NCBI GenBank assembly: GCA_026023565.1
Contig: JAPETS010000023.1
Span: 496,001 to 552,083 of the forward strand
Length of the DNA: 56,083 nt
From: Cirrosporium novae-zelandiae
Taxonomy: Eukaryota
Direction of reading: 5' to 3'
The notes beneath the pieces are model-generated. The model ran no database searches and was not told where the DNA came from. It saw nothing but the letters and a program-made list of their open reading frames with translations. Position 1 is the first letter of the stretch; every line of letters begins with the position of its first letter. Positions 1 through 13,267 of the stretch are shown here, one piece after another. The position numbers and the translations under genes are program-made.

Positions 1-280
1 TATTATAGGCCGAATTTAGAGCAAAAACTAGGCCATATCGTAGTGGCATAAGAATATGCAGCCCTCATCCCGTCTTCGTAGAACTTATACAATATCACCC
101 CTCACACATTATTAGTCGGTAGTGACTATACATATGAGTATGGTGAACCGCAGTATATGCTGGCACTTTTCCAGGTTTTATCACCTGGACTATTTGACCA
201 ACCCTTCAGCCTGCTAGCGCTACCTCGACATACCAGTTCTACACTAAAAGCTCGTCGATTTCGGCTTCTAGTTATCCTTT

Positions 281-1659
281 TCACCTCCCAAGCTCACCAA
301 GCATAAGGTTTCGGTCAGAGGAAGCAGAGACGACTGTTACGGAGCCAGTAAGTAAATGTTTAAACCATAGTGACTAGGCCATATCAATGCAAGAGAAAGA
401 ATAAACTTACTAATTGGTTCATCCCCTGGCGAGAACCGCACGTCATTAACCGTGCCACGGTGCCCTGGTAGCTTGTAAAGAAGCTTGCTAGTTCTCGCAT
501 CCCATACTACAACACTGCGGTCGCCACTTCCGGCAGCAATCCTCTCTCCCTTGGGATCCCAACTTGCTCGGATAAGATTCTTTTCAAGACCTGCGGGAGC
601 ACCATCATAAGTGCGGATGTGTCTATCTGTTGGTGCAAAAGGCCGGACATCCCAAGTGCGTACCGTCGAGTCATGAGAATTGGACAATAAGGTCTGCGAG
701 TCTGGGGACAGGGAGAGAGATGTAATTGTATCGGTGTGACCAGCCATAGTATATGCAACATTCTTTTTTCGCAAATCCCATACTTTAATCACGTTATCGA
801 TCCCGCCTGAAAATAATTCGTTTCCAGCTTCAGAAAGAGCTACGGCTGTGACTGGGAATTCAGTTTCAATGAAATCAACAGCAGCTTTCTGTCGTGGATC
901 CCACAGCCCTATATACCCATCATCGCTTCCACTCACAAACATCTCAGAGCCTCGTAGGCTCAAGGCCATGGCATTTACAACTTCCTCGTGACCAACATGT
1001 CGTCTTATTCTTATTCCGGTTTCGAGATCCCAGCTTGCGAGATTTGTATCAGCAGATGCAGAATACAGCGACGGAGTGGTTCGTGACCATGCGAGATCGA
1101 GAATTGCGCCTTTGTGGCCGGTGAGAATTCCGTAATTTTCGCAGTTTCCGTAGGTCCGCCATAGAACTAAAATATCGTTAGTTTTCTTCGTACATTAAAA
1201 GCAGCAGGTGCCTTAGAAGTTTAGGACCCCACGAATATTACGGTCCATGGAACCAGACGCTATATTTTGTCCACTAGGGTCAAATCGACATGCAAAGATC
1301 TCCCCAGAATGGCCTTTCCATCAAATCAGTCTAGTTGTCCCAGAAAACATGCTGTTGTTAGGTTTCAAAGCTCACCGGTTAATTCCATTATTGGAGCTTC
1401 TAACCCGCTGGTACGTGGGACCTATCCTCCCTTCATATCAGTTGAAAGCCCTCTTGAAGCTTGATTCAGCCAGCTCCTTGATATCTGGAATAAGATAAAA
1501 AAACATGGTGATTTAGCTTACCGCTTGAATTAAAGCTCCATTTTGAGCACTATTATTAACCACCGCAATAGAATTGTGGTTTTCATCCGCTCTTGCCCTC
1601 TTAACAATCAATTGGGAGGAACCAAATGCGTCCGAAGCTGGGCGCTTTTCTGCCGACAT
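281..1659 (-). CDS. U5 snRNP 40-kDa WD40-repeat protein (SNRNP40/Spf38-like)
   Basis: Exons 1659-1522, 1421-1376, 1313-1233, 1166-411, 333-281 with GT-AG introns. Spliced protein reads MSAEKRPASDAFGSSQLIVKR...VPRTSGLEAPIMELTGHSGEIFACRFDPSG...KLLYKLPGHRGTVNDVRFSP...IVSASSDRNLMLGELGR*, with multiple WD repeats. Confidence 0.92.
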
Positions 1660-1924
1660 GGTGATGGCCCTAAATATTGAATAATTGAGGGGACGTAGTA
1701 AGGTGATCAGGTAGTAGAATTAATTATAGCTGCTTCGTTTGAGTCGCTACTTAGTCTTGAAAGGCGTAGAAGAGAGGGTAAGTAGATTGAATAGAGGAGC
1801 TGTGGGTATGTTTAAATTAGATGTGTACGATATCCGAGACTGTAGACGCAAAAGTGTAGTTTACTCATAGTGTTGCTGAGGGTTCTAGAGGCTTCAAAAT
1901 AGACATCGAGGAAGGACCTTGAAT

Positions 1925-1946
1925 TTAGCCGCCATGCGGCGGCTAA
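1925..1946. promoter_or_regulatory. Perfect 9-bp inverted repeat TTAGCCGCC-N4-GGCGGCTAA in a divergent promoter
   Basis: Seen directly between the ATGs at 1659 (-) and 2175 (+). Each arm resembles the URS1/Ume6 core TAGCCGCC. Function is inferred. Confidence 0.45.
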
Positions 1947-2174
1947 CAAGCGTAGGCGGTCAATGGTTAGTAGAATCTGGGGAAGCACAAGCCGATTTCA
2001 ACCATCAGAATTACTCGCAGCTCAGAATTCAAGTTAATATATTTTTCGCTAGATGCAATTTTGTTATCTTTTTGTGAACTATGCGTTAAATGTATCAGGT
2101 CTTCCCGATCTTACTGATTCATTAAAGACAGAAATTCTATCTGAAGTCCAACTACTATCTTCAAATCCACCAAC

Positions 2175-3052
2175 ATGGCTTCCTCAAAGGCTGCGAGAAT
2201 CGGCGAGGAGTGAGCCTAGAAAACCTCTTATTTATGCCGATCTCTACTGACTGTTTATAGAATCTGGAAGTTAGTCTATCCTCCGTTTTAATTAATTCAC
2301 TTCCATTTTCCCTGCTCACCAACGCTCAAGATCGATCTGAATCCTGACGTATACACAGAACAAGGGTAGATAAGGTCAACGCAGAACTGGTCACACTTAC
2401 CTATGGCACGATAGTCGCTCAGCTATGCTCAGATTACGACAATGATTATATCGAGGTCAACAAACAACTGGACAAGATGGGGTATAATATTGGCATGCGG
2501 TTAATAGAAGATTTCCTGGCCAAATCTAATACGGGAAGATGTGCCAATTTTAGGGATACTGCTGAGATGATATCTAAGGTACACTCCGCTTTTTAAATTG
2601 GACAAACAAAAACTGCACAATTGAAAGGTCAAACATCAAGCTCACTAGGCTCCCAGGTTGGATTTAAAATCTTTCTGAACATCACACCTACCATCACAAA
2701 CTGGACAAGCGATAACAAACAATTCTCGTTGGTCTTTGAGGAGAATCCTTTGGCGGACTTCGTAGAACTTCCTGATGATGGCAGAGCGCAAGACGAATTA
2801 TGGTTTTCGAACATTCTTTGCGGCGTCCTTAGAGGGGCGTTAGAAATGGTATGTCCTTGTCTCACACTGAGTATTTCAATGAAATTGGTTTCTGGTTTAG
2901 GCATCAAGCTCAGATGCTGATGGGCATGGCAGGTCCAGATGCAGGTAGAAGTCCACTTTACCAGCGACGTTCTACGAGGAAATGACACGACTGAGATGCG
3001 GATATCTCTTGTACGATATATTGACGACGAGCTGCCACCTGATGATGAATGA
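2175..3052 (+). CDS. BET3: TRAPP complex subunit Bet3 (TRAPPC3)
   Basis: Exons 2175-2209, 2261-2269 (9-nt microexon), 2359-2578, 2657-2848, 2933-3052. Protein: [31 protein letters not shown]...[19 protein letters not shown]...[11 protein letters not shown]...[19 protein letters not shown]...[10 protein letters not shown]. Confidence 0.96.
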
Positions 3053-4491
3053 TCAAACGCTTTTGCTCGCACTCCAGATATATGTTGAATAAGTACTATT
3101 CATCATCCAAGTTCCAAAGAATCAGCAGAGGCCATAATAAAATTTGCTGGCTTGAAGGTTTTAGATGAATACTGGATGTGACTATTTGTGGTGCAGATAC
3201 AGCTTCTGTTTCCCAACCGGATCGAGGGAGGGTGTTTGGAGAGGAATGACTTAATGCGACGTGCTCTTGGCCCGTAAACTCAGCTTCAAAAGATGTAATA
3301 TTTTGCAAGCATATGGGAAGATATCAAAAGGTCCAAGGCAATGGCAATTGCCCGTTGCTCCAACTTCTTTCAAGCTACCTGTTTGAAGGGTTTAGAGGAA
3401 GAATGGAGGGGAAAACAGGATGTTATTTGTTGGAGGGCTGTATTACAACGAGCTCTACCCCTGCACTCTAACATGCCTCGTAAGAGGATGGCTGGCATTG
3501 GAAACACGTATAGAATTAATCATATTCATCCAGCCCTGAGTCCCTTGTTGTCCACTATATTTGCCGTAAATTTTTTTGTGCGTGCCCACACTACGGTCCC
3601 CACAAGCCATGTGTTTCCTCGGATTTCCACCAATTCATCAGGCTACTTGGATTCATTGTGGCAAGGTGAGCAGAGATGAAGTGAGAAAGAATACAAGAGG
3701 CAAAATGGACATTTGGCGACACGTATTTTAAATTATTGAAGAGTGTAGATATGTATCTTGTATACACAGATGAAGGACAATAAGAATCAATTGGTTTGGT
3801 GGGGGGGGGGGAAGGGGTCCCTGCGTGTGTTGGACCCTTGATTTTAGAAGATGCATAAGAGTAACTTAGCCCTAATGACTTGGATATTCCGAGACGCCAT
3901 AGACGCGTAGATGGAGAGTGAATAGTAAATAAGAAATAGGACAGATAAGTATTAATTATTATCTCGGTAACACTTAAGACAGTGGATGCTGTTGAAGAGC
4001 TGGCTCCCAACTTCACTTTGTGCAGTAAAATAGGACAACTTGGTGAAATGTTGATGGATAAAGACGAGACTAGTACTATTAAACTGCCATGACCTGGGAA
4101 TCATTAATTTTGTCGAGATAGATGAAGAGTAATTGATCATATGAATTACAGGTCAAGAAGATTGTTTTATTTACAAAGTAGCGAGCTGATAAGACTAACT
4201 TTCTAACCTGGTTGAATAGGATGAAGTGTCACACAATTTAAAAGTAAAAGTGTCTCGCTTGCCCCCCCCTCTCTTTCTCTCGGTCTTTATAAAAGCCTCG
4301 AATTTCTTTTTTATCATCATCTAAAAACAATGATAAGAAGAGAGAGAGAGAGAGAGAAAAAAAAATCAGAAGAAAAAAGGAATGATAAAAAAGACGAAGA
4401 TATTTTATTTACTGACTGTCAAGAGTTGTTGGTTTATTTGTTGTACTCAAATTAAAGTGAAGGCCTAGTCTAAAGGTCTAAGTGTGCCTTC

Positions 4492-4527
4492 TGGGTGCTT
4501 GGGGTGCTTGGGGTGCTTGGGGTGCTT
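4492..4527. repeat. 9-bp tandem repeat (GGGGTGCTT) x4
   Basis: Read directly; the first unit has one mismatch. Confidence 0.9.
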
Positions 4528-5174
4528 TTGAGTGCTTAACTGAAGTACCAAGTAAGTCGCCTCCCTCCCTCCCCCCTCAAATAATACCTACCCCCCCCCC
4601 CTCCCCCTTACCCCTCCCTAGTTGGTTATTAAAGTTGTGAAATTGTGAAGTTCTGATCAAAAATCGTGACTCAAATTAAGCGTAATGTGACTGATTGTAC
4701 GCGTGATTTTAGACAAATTCCCTCCATCGTCGTTCAAAAAAAAAATCCTCCCCCCAACCTTCCAAGCCTTTCCCAAACTTCTCAAAGCTTCCCACGCTTC
4801 CCCGTAGTCTTCTCCCTCCTTCGCCCTCTCGCCTCTTTTTCTCTCGCGAAGGTGCCCACTATCCACTGTCCACTGTCCGTCTCCTACTTTCCTTGCAAGC
4901 GCATCTCTATCTCCACCAAAACCTTCTCTTCGCCAGGTACAACAGACCTGCCAAACTTCTAAACTTCTTTACTCATCTCCCAAAATCAACTTGCGAACTT
5001 GCGAACTTCCAACCTTCTACAGCCAACAACCAACAACTTCTATCCAACTAATCCTTCAATCCAATATATCGCCCGACGTCTCATTCGTCGCCTACCTCTA
5101 TTCTCTCTTCTCTTGATTCTTACCGAATTCTTCATTCAATATTATCTTGGAACCAAACCTTTCCTTCAACGCCC

Positions 5175-5175
<1 letters not shown>

Positions 5176-5206
<31 letters not shown>
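5176..5206. repeat. Poly-C tract (31 nt) upstream of som1
   Basis: Read directly. Confidence 0.9.
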
Positions 5207-5208
<2 letters not shown>

Positions 5209-5553
5209 CGGATACCGGCCGCTGGCAACCTGATCACCAATAAATATTACTCCTATTCAAATAAACCGCTCTCGGCTGATCTACACCTCCCGCCGCGCAT
5301 CCCATGTATCAGCGACTGTGATATTTACACCTTTTTCGATTTCATCAGTTAATACACATATTTTGGCCAGGGTGCGCCGTGATTTTCCCTCTTAATATCG
5401 GCGTCGGCGTTTCGCGCTCACCTGCCACCTCGACCGCTGAGTCGAGCCTAAACGGCAACCCCCACCGACTTTGCTCATCTTCAACTTCTTTCGCGACAGA
5501 TCCTGCTATTTGCATCAAAAGACAGGTAGAGCTCCACAGCTCTTAGATTCACG

Positions 5554-8551
5554 ATGAATCAAGTCAATATGGCTGGACAAAATGTGGTGAACGCCATGGG
5601 AGGTCCGGTTGGTGGTATGCCAATGATGAATGCTATGAATTCCGCCCAAACATCACGCAACGATGGCGATTCTCCGCCATACCTGAACACGTACATTTAT
5701 GATTACTTCATCAAGAATGGTCTATATGATTGCGCTCGCAGCTTGCTTCATAGTGACGCCCACATCCTGACTCATACCGAGCAAACGAAGACAAGTCCTG
5801 GCCGTAAGGACGAAGTAAACGGTGTGGATAATGACGCGATGGATACCGATAAAGACCATATGAAAATTCCTCAAGACCTTCCCCGACCGAAACTAGTCGA
5901 AGACGGAAGCTCGTCTGCCTTTCTCGTAGATTGGTGGTCCCTGTTCTGGGATATATTCTCCGAACGTGGCAAAAAAGCTGAGATGGCTCCAGGCATGGGA
6001 GGTCCGGCTGCACAATATGTCCAACATAGTCGGGTAAGCAGACACAAGTCTCCTTGCGCGTTGCAGAGGTCCTTAATCTAACGGTGTTTTACACAGCACC
6101 AGTCGCGCATGCGCCAAGATCAGCAACAAATGCTACTCCGACAACAGAACTTCCCCGCCCATCTGAATCCTGGACAGATGAATCAGTTCCAAGCTATGAG
6201 GATGCAACAAAATGGATTGGCGTTGAGTCAAAACGATTTGCAAAAGAGAGCGATGCAGAATAGTAGCCGCAACGCGTATGTACATCCGTAAGAGATCCTG
6301 CTATCATTCTTTTGGGGACAATTATAGTCATGATGGTTCCTGGCTGTCGTTGGTGCTGACATGGACATAGAACACCGCAGGCGATGCAGATAATGCAAAA
6401 CAAGCAGATAATGCAACAACACCCCATGCAGCGCAACGACTCTGATATTGATATCAACGGCCAGCGACCACAATCCCCCTCCTCCACCGAAAACGCACCT
6501 TCTCCCTCAAAACGACCTCGTCTCGATAGTACACCGTTCAACGGCCAGCAAATGGGGCCAAACGGTCGAGTGATGCAGGGTCAGGCAACGCAACAAATGT
6601 TGATGGCAAATGGGATCAATCCCAGTCAGCTGAATCCAGCTCAGATGCAGAATTTTCAGAATCAGAATGCAACTGTGCAGCAGAAATCAATACAGGTATA
6701 TGCTCAAAACCTAGCCCTCCACCAACGTGCGGCAATGGATAACCGGGCGTTCCAAAAGGGGATACCAAATCCAGCCATGATGGCGAATCAGGGCTCACCG
6801 ATGATGCAACCGATGCCGGATGGTCAAATGGCCATACCCATGGAATATTACAACAACCCCGCCGCCACCGCCGCGCAAATGCGAGCGTTGGGTGCACAGA
6901 ACGGGACCAGTGGCAACCACGCTCTCCAAGATTATCAGATGCAACTCATGCTACTCGAGCAGCAAAACAAGAAGCGGCTGTTGATGGCACGGCAGGAACA
7001 AGAGACGAATCCCCGCAACGACGGTGGACCTCTAGGAGGGCCTGGAGGACCAGGGTTTCCTCCAGGAATGTCACCACAAGGCAGCAGATCTGGTCCTTCA
7101 CCAAATCCTAATGAACAAATGAAACGGGAAGCTAAGATGGGCCAACCAGGCATGCCAGGATCCCCACTACCTGACGGTAACGGCCTTCCCGCTCGAAGTT
7201 CCCCCGCCAACATGAACTTTCCTCAAAATGGCCAGATCCCTCCCGACATGCAACCGCAGTTCTTCAACCAAATGAAAATGGGAGAAGCTATGGGCGGGAT
7301 GATGCAGAACGGCACCGTGATGCGACCCCCGAGCTCTCATCCAGGGTTTAATGGACAACCTATAAGTGCGCCCATGGAGCTGACCAGAGCCCAGCAAGTC
7401 GGTGTGCGGGGGCCTAGCGGAAACTGGCAGCAAGGACCTCAAGGTCAAGCGCCGATGATGCAACAGCCTCCACCAGCGCAGCAGCCGCAAGCCATGGGCA
7501 CACCCCAGCAGCGCAATGCCATGCCTCCACCCCAGGCACCCCCGGCCGGGAATGGTCGTCAACAACCGTCTCCCCAACAGAACCCGGCTCCTCCCACCCC
7601 CCAGCAATCAAACAAGCCCAACCCGAAGAATAAAAAGGACGGAAAGGAACCACGCAAGGTAAAGTACCAAATATGCCCCATTTTTGTGTGGTGCTAATAG
7701 TCTCCCAGCGGCCTAATAAGAAGGGAAATGCTGCAAATCCTAACGCAGGTGCTACACCATCTTCGGAACCCGACCCTCCCCCGACCCCTACACCATCTAC
7801 CCCCATTACCCCGGTCAACGCGCATTCGTTTAACGGACCCAAGCCACCCACCGCGCCAAATCCAAGTGCTACAGCCGTGCCCCCACCTGCAAGCACCGCA
7901 CCTCCTGCCCCTGTGGTCCCTGTTGCGCCGCCGCAGCCCGAACCCGCTCAAGTACCAAATTTCGCAGGCCTTGATGCTTCTGATGTAGGTCTTAACTTAT
8001 TACTCGATCCTTTTTTCTGCGATGAATTGAATGAAACCCTTGCAGCACAATCTCCTTCTGATCTCTTTTTGTCAAATTCAATCGATGAGTTGGATGCAGA
8101 AAATGACTTCCCATCATCACTCTTTCTGGAAGATTCACACTGGAAGTTTCATGAATGGGAGTAGTCGACTACTTTCTCACACTCCGAACCCTTTGGATAC
8201 TTTCTTTGGTGAAGAATATCATACTACCCCAAATCCTGGATCCTCTTTTCTTTTAGCAGACTCGATTCCTTTTACTATGATATATCTCATCCATTCCCCA
8301 TTATTACGATATTTTGCCTCACATTTAATATACGCCCGTAGCCATAAACACTTGCTAATTATACCTCACAACAGAATGCTGGAAATTACAGCCTTGACTT
8401 CAGTAATCTTGATACTGGAGACGTTCTAGAGAACTTTGATTTCGACTCGTTTTTGCAAGGTGGTGACGAGAGCGGTAACTTCAATTTTGACACAAGTCTA
8501 GGTTATTCAGATGGTGTGGAGGCTGGTGGAGGGGATTCCCTCGTTCAGTAA
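5554..8551 (+). CDS. som1: Som1/SomA transcriptional regulator (LisH/LUFS domain, Flo8/Mss11-like)
   Basis: Exons 5554-6033, 6097-6275, 6371-7658, 7709-7984, 8375-8551. LisH motif LNTYIYDYFIKNGLYDCARSL, FLVDWWSLFWDIF, PSPSKRPRL NLS-like motif, NHALQDYQMQLMLLEQQNKKRLLMARQEQ, and C-terminal DVLENFDFDSFL. Confidence 0.93.
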
Positions 8552-9948
8552 TTCCCAGATGATGCTTCGATTCGATTTGGAAATCTCCTCACTTTCCGCT
8601 TTTCATTGTTTTTCCAAGAGTACCTACCATTGAGTGACTGCCTTCTTCAAAACGCCCCAAGAACTCGATCTGGGCAAATTGACATGGAAGTTAGGACTTC
8701 TTATTTAACGCGACATGTCATAATAACGCATTTTCGATCGAGATGGTTCGGCCCTACTCGGGTTCCATTCAGTTCAGTTCATTTGCATATTTGGGACTAC
8801 ACTACGTATCATACCCTCTACTCATGCATTGCATGCCTTCAGATGTTTTTATAGACTGGAGCTGGATAGTGGCACGCACCGTCCCTACCGACACACACTT
8901 ATCGACATAATATTCATAGGCCATTCCTGCTACTGGGGGGGGAGGAATGGGGTTCATGCAGGTGTTTTATCCCCTTGGGCGTTTCAGTATGATTTTTTAC
9001 CTGGTGGTGGCTTATGTCATTAGATATTGGTTGTTACTTGAAAGGAGATGATGCACAACCGAAAAAAAAAGTTGTTTCTTGATTTTGCAAGGCTTTTTTT
9101 TATTGGCCCACTAATTCTCTCGAATATTTGGATCAGGGAATGTTTTTAAAGGGGCATATGGATAGCTTTTGATTGATTGTTAAATTGGTTTCTATTTACC
9201 TATGGAAACCTTACTGGAAGGCGAGAAGGGGTGAAGGGTTGGCTTGATTAGGAACTGAATTATTGGGTCAGGAAACATATCCAGTTTATATTAGCCATTA
9301 CTTTGTGTTTATTTTTATTTTGTCTTTTTTCAAGTATTTAGTGTCTTTATTAAACGTAGCTTTGCAAGTAGAAGAGATTTTTATTTAGCCTTTTAGCTTT
9401 TTATTTTACTTTCAACGTCCTTTCTCGTTTTATGTAGTGGATAGTGTGCTTGTTAGTCTACTATCCGGCCCCCCTTCCCGTCGATCCCTTCCCTTTTCCT
9501 TCTTGGATGGAGATATTTCATATATACGTATGATGTAGATCGTAAGCAAGTCCAAAGTCCAACTAGGCTTGTTCAAGTTATTCAAATCAAGGCAGTGTGT
9601 AGGTGTATCCATATGTACATGTCTACCCACCGCATGATATAATAGCCGATGATGGGTAGAGAGGGGGGGGGGGGGGTTGATGAAGAACGAAAAAAAGAAC
9701 AACACATCTAAAAAGTAAAAAAAAATATATTCATATAGAGCCCAACCAAAAGCTGCGAGTGGATATCATCACATAAAAGTTCCCATGCCATGCCATATCC
9801 GTACCATACCCATACATACATACATATATATCAGCCCTTCCTTGGGTTGACGCAGTTCCGTTTTGTTTACTGATTCTCCCCCCCTACCCTCCTCTTTCCA
9901 TTTGCCATACCCCGTTAGAAATAAAAATTTGACGAACAAAAAAACGCC

Positions 9949-11716
9949 CTAGAAATGCTCTTTCCAAAACTTAAACCTCACTCCCTTTTCGGTACTCCCT
10001 TTACAAGCCTTTCGAATCTCTCTTGCTGCTGCGTTCGGTCCACAGAAATACACACCCACATCGGTGTGCAGTCTCCCTTCTAACCCACCAAGGTATGTCT
10101 GATCTAGTAATCCGTCTCTCATTCTCTCAAACAGCTGAGGGAAATCGGGTCGGCCGAAGTGGGTTCGACTTTTCAGTTCGGTCAGGGGGTCAACGTCCGA
10201 TCCGACGGTGTTGAGGTATATGTTGGCTTGTTGGTCGGCGTTGAGACGCTGGGTGAGGTAGGTATGGATGCGTAGGAACTCGAATTCGCTGCTAACGCCG
10301 GCTTCGGCGGCCGCAGAGGTGGATTGCTCCTCGAGCGAGGAGAGAAGCGCTTGGAACCATTCGAAGGATGTGGTGTCTTTGCACACCCAGATGAACTCGA
10401 CGCGGCGGAGACGGGAGGGGGGGTTGGGTCCTGAGCGGAGATGCCAGATATTTTTGAGGACGGAGGCCCAGGGGGTTACTCCGATGCCGGTGCCGATTAG
10501 GACGGCGATTTCGTTATCAAAAACATCTTCGGCTGGAGCACCAAAGGGGCCATCCACACGGAGTCGCGGCATCTGTTGTCCGTTTTGTAGAGCAATCTCA
10601 TACATCCCAAAGGGGTCGAGGCCGTCATATAACTTTGCCTGTGCAGGTCCACATCCAAGGGCATCGCCAACGGCTGAGGTCCAGTCGCCAACTTGTCGGA
10701 CGTGAACCGAGATGTAGGGATCAAAAGGACAGGATGTGATGGTGAAGGGATGCCACTGGGTATTTGAGACCGAGGGAATCATAATGAAGATCCATTGGCC
10801 TGGTCTGTATTTCATCGAAGGCTTTCGGAATTGAATTTCCATAGCCTCATATGGATGGCGGACGACCTTGGTAATTTCCGTGTCTCTTCGAGCTCGTATT
10901 TCACGGTAGAGACGTTCTATCAAATACAGGCCTCCGCCCCACAGTTCCCATCGCCAGCCTTCATAGCCGAGACAATGGTTCCAGAAAGGTGAACCAGCAA
11001 ACGGTGAGAATGGATCTGTAGTGTCTCGAACGAAGCATCCGGTAGCGTGGGTGTACATTCCAAGCAGAAATGGGATGAATAGGTGATGGGTGTACCAGAA
11101 GGTCTCAAAGGATTGCTGGCGGATTTTGGCATGAGCAGTGGTATACATTAAGAGCATACATAAAAGCATGATATGCCCCGTTATCCCTCCTGCTTGAGTA
11201 TAATGAATTTGGACAGCTGTCTCGGGCCGGACTTGAGTTTTCTCGACGTTGAAGAAGCTAGATCCTTTGGTTAGAAAAATCCTAGTGTTCCATGGGTAGT
11301 GGGTCTGCTCACTTGACATAATGCCCGCAGACATGGACAATAGTCCAAAAGAGCAGCGAGTATGCTACCTGACGATGAAACCATTGCGATTCATCCAGAG
11401 GTAGGAACTTCAACTTCGGTCGTATATAACGGAGAATATTTCGACACATTGGAAGAAGAATCAGAGTTGTGTCTACTGATAGTACAAGACCAGCACCTCT
11501 GGATATCCACACCAAGAATTTGAGCCCATTCAGCGCTGCTAATCGAGAATCATTTTCTTGCTTCTCCCTGCACGTATTCAGTGATGTGAACATGGAGAGA
11601 TTTTGAGAAACTTACCATCCCAGGATGAAGAGACCAATATGAAGCCCTTGAAATAGTACATTAAACACCAATCTTCTTCCAGTAAATTCCCTTTTAAACC
11701 AAGATGTGTGAGCCAT
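9949..11716 (-). CDS. noxA: NADPH oxidase catalytic subunit NoxA/Nox1 (gp91phox homologue)
   Basis: Exons 11716-11616, 11567-11313, 11257-9949. Motifs SRGAGLVL, heme-ligand regions WFHRQVAY and FWYTHHLF, FAD motif WHPFTITS, DGPFGAP, NADPH motif GTGIGVTP, and C-terminal FCGP...FWKEHF. No long NoxB-type N-terminal extension. Confidence 0.96.
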
Positions 11717-13227
11717 AATTACAGACGCAGAATCGCATATGTCGTATTTAACCCGTCGACCAGCGATTTGAACAAAGTATACCACAGAGGACAATGTACT
11801 AGCAATGGCAAAGCGCTATCAAACGAGAGGAATTGGGACAACGTCGAAGAGATGACCAGCAGCCCTGACCAGGGCCAAGGAATCCGGGATATGGCAATAT
11901 TTTATTCAACGAATCTCGAAGCCTTGGATAATGCCTGCCAAGGCAAAGGGGTATCGTCAATGCAAAGCTTGTTATCGTAGATCAAGAACAGCTGTAATAA
12001 GGAACTGCTGTCTTGTCAAATCCATGAAATCCCATAAAGTGATGTCAGTAATGCTGCTAATGGTCGCACGATGTCTGTTGTAAAGCTTCGGATGGGAACA
12101 GTTCCGGCGAAAAATTCAATAATGATAGAGCCCTCCTCTTTCTAATTGCCCGAGTGATGAGGCCCAACTTTGAAGGCGTTCTTTAGCGGGATTTCAAGCT
12201 TCAAGATAACAGCCAGATAGGGCGAGATGGGGGTGGCTGTAATCAGATATGCTCTAACACTGCACGTTGGATCGACGCTTCACGCTTAAAATATGGTTGG
12301 CGATCAGATATGGCAGCTTGTAACAGTGTGCTTGGCCTTGTTCATCAAATAGCTTCAATGTCTGGAACCAACTCGAGACAATCATGCAAATCAATCTCTA
12401 TGCGTTGCTGGTCTTGGACAAACCGAGGGGAAGGTGAAGAATATCTCTTGAGGGGCGCTATTTCCAATATAGACTAGATATTTCAGGTGAGATAGAGTTG
12501 AGATGTAGTGTATTTCCAATTTTTCTTCAGGGTTTCTTCAGATTTTCTTCAGAACGATGTATGTATGTATGTGGGGGAGGATATAAGGTCTGTTGTTGCC
12601 CAGGACCCGGTGTCGCGGGTCGCCCGATTAGGCGCCGGAGAGTTTTCTGGAAGCGTTTGAGGATTAAAGTCTAACTATCAACTCTCGCTCAAAGTGAAAG
12701 AGAAGAAGCAGAACTAGAAGAAGGTAGAGAGAAAAAATGAGAATTAAGATTGAGGTTTGGAATTAATTTCTCCAAGTTCCTGCAAACACTTTGGATAAGT
12801 ACTTGATATCCATCCTGAGACCAAGTAATGGACAAAAGCTAACTACTGTCACATTGGTATCCTGCCACTCTCAATTCGTCCATCCGAGGGTAAAGGATGA
12901 AGGGACACGATTGAGCGGTGGGAATCCAGCAGTAAGGTTTCTTCACAGAAAGCTATTGATGATTCCATTGCATTGGAGATGGTTGGTTCTCTTGATATCT
13001 GTGACAACCAATAACTGGACGTCTCGAAGCGCTGCCAACTTTAATTTATTTCCGAAAAGAGTTGACGGGTCTCCTTGATGTAGTTCGATGCATATATGAT
13101 CCTGCCGCATTTTAATTATGACGGTTACAAAATAAAAACATTTAAAAAAGTTCTGGATATAATTGATTCTGGAGTCGCTGAGGCGTTGAGGCGCTGAATA
13201 GACTTTGATACAAACAGGTGGTGTTTT

Positions 13228-13267
13228 GATGCCTCGATGCCTCGATGCCTTGATGCCTTGATGCCTT
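13228..13267. repeat. 8-bp tandem repeat (GATGCCTY) x5 in the noxA-noxD intergenic region
   Basis: Read directly. Confidence 0.9.

Noticed and set aside
4999..5352. 117-aa ORF with a poly-Pro tract
   Set aside because: The poly-Pro is just the poly-C run translated. Non-ATG start; probably som1 leader or promoter.
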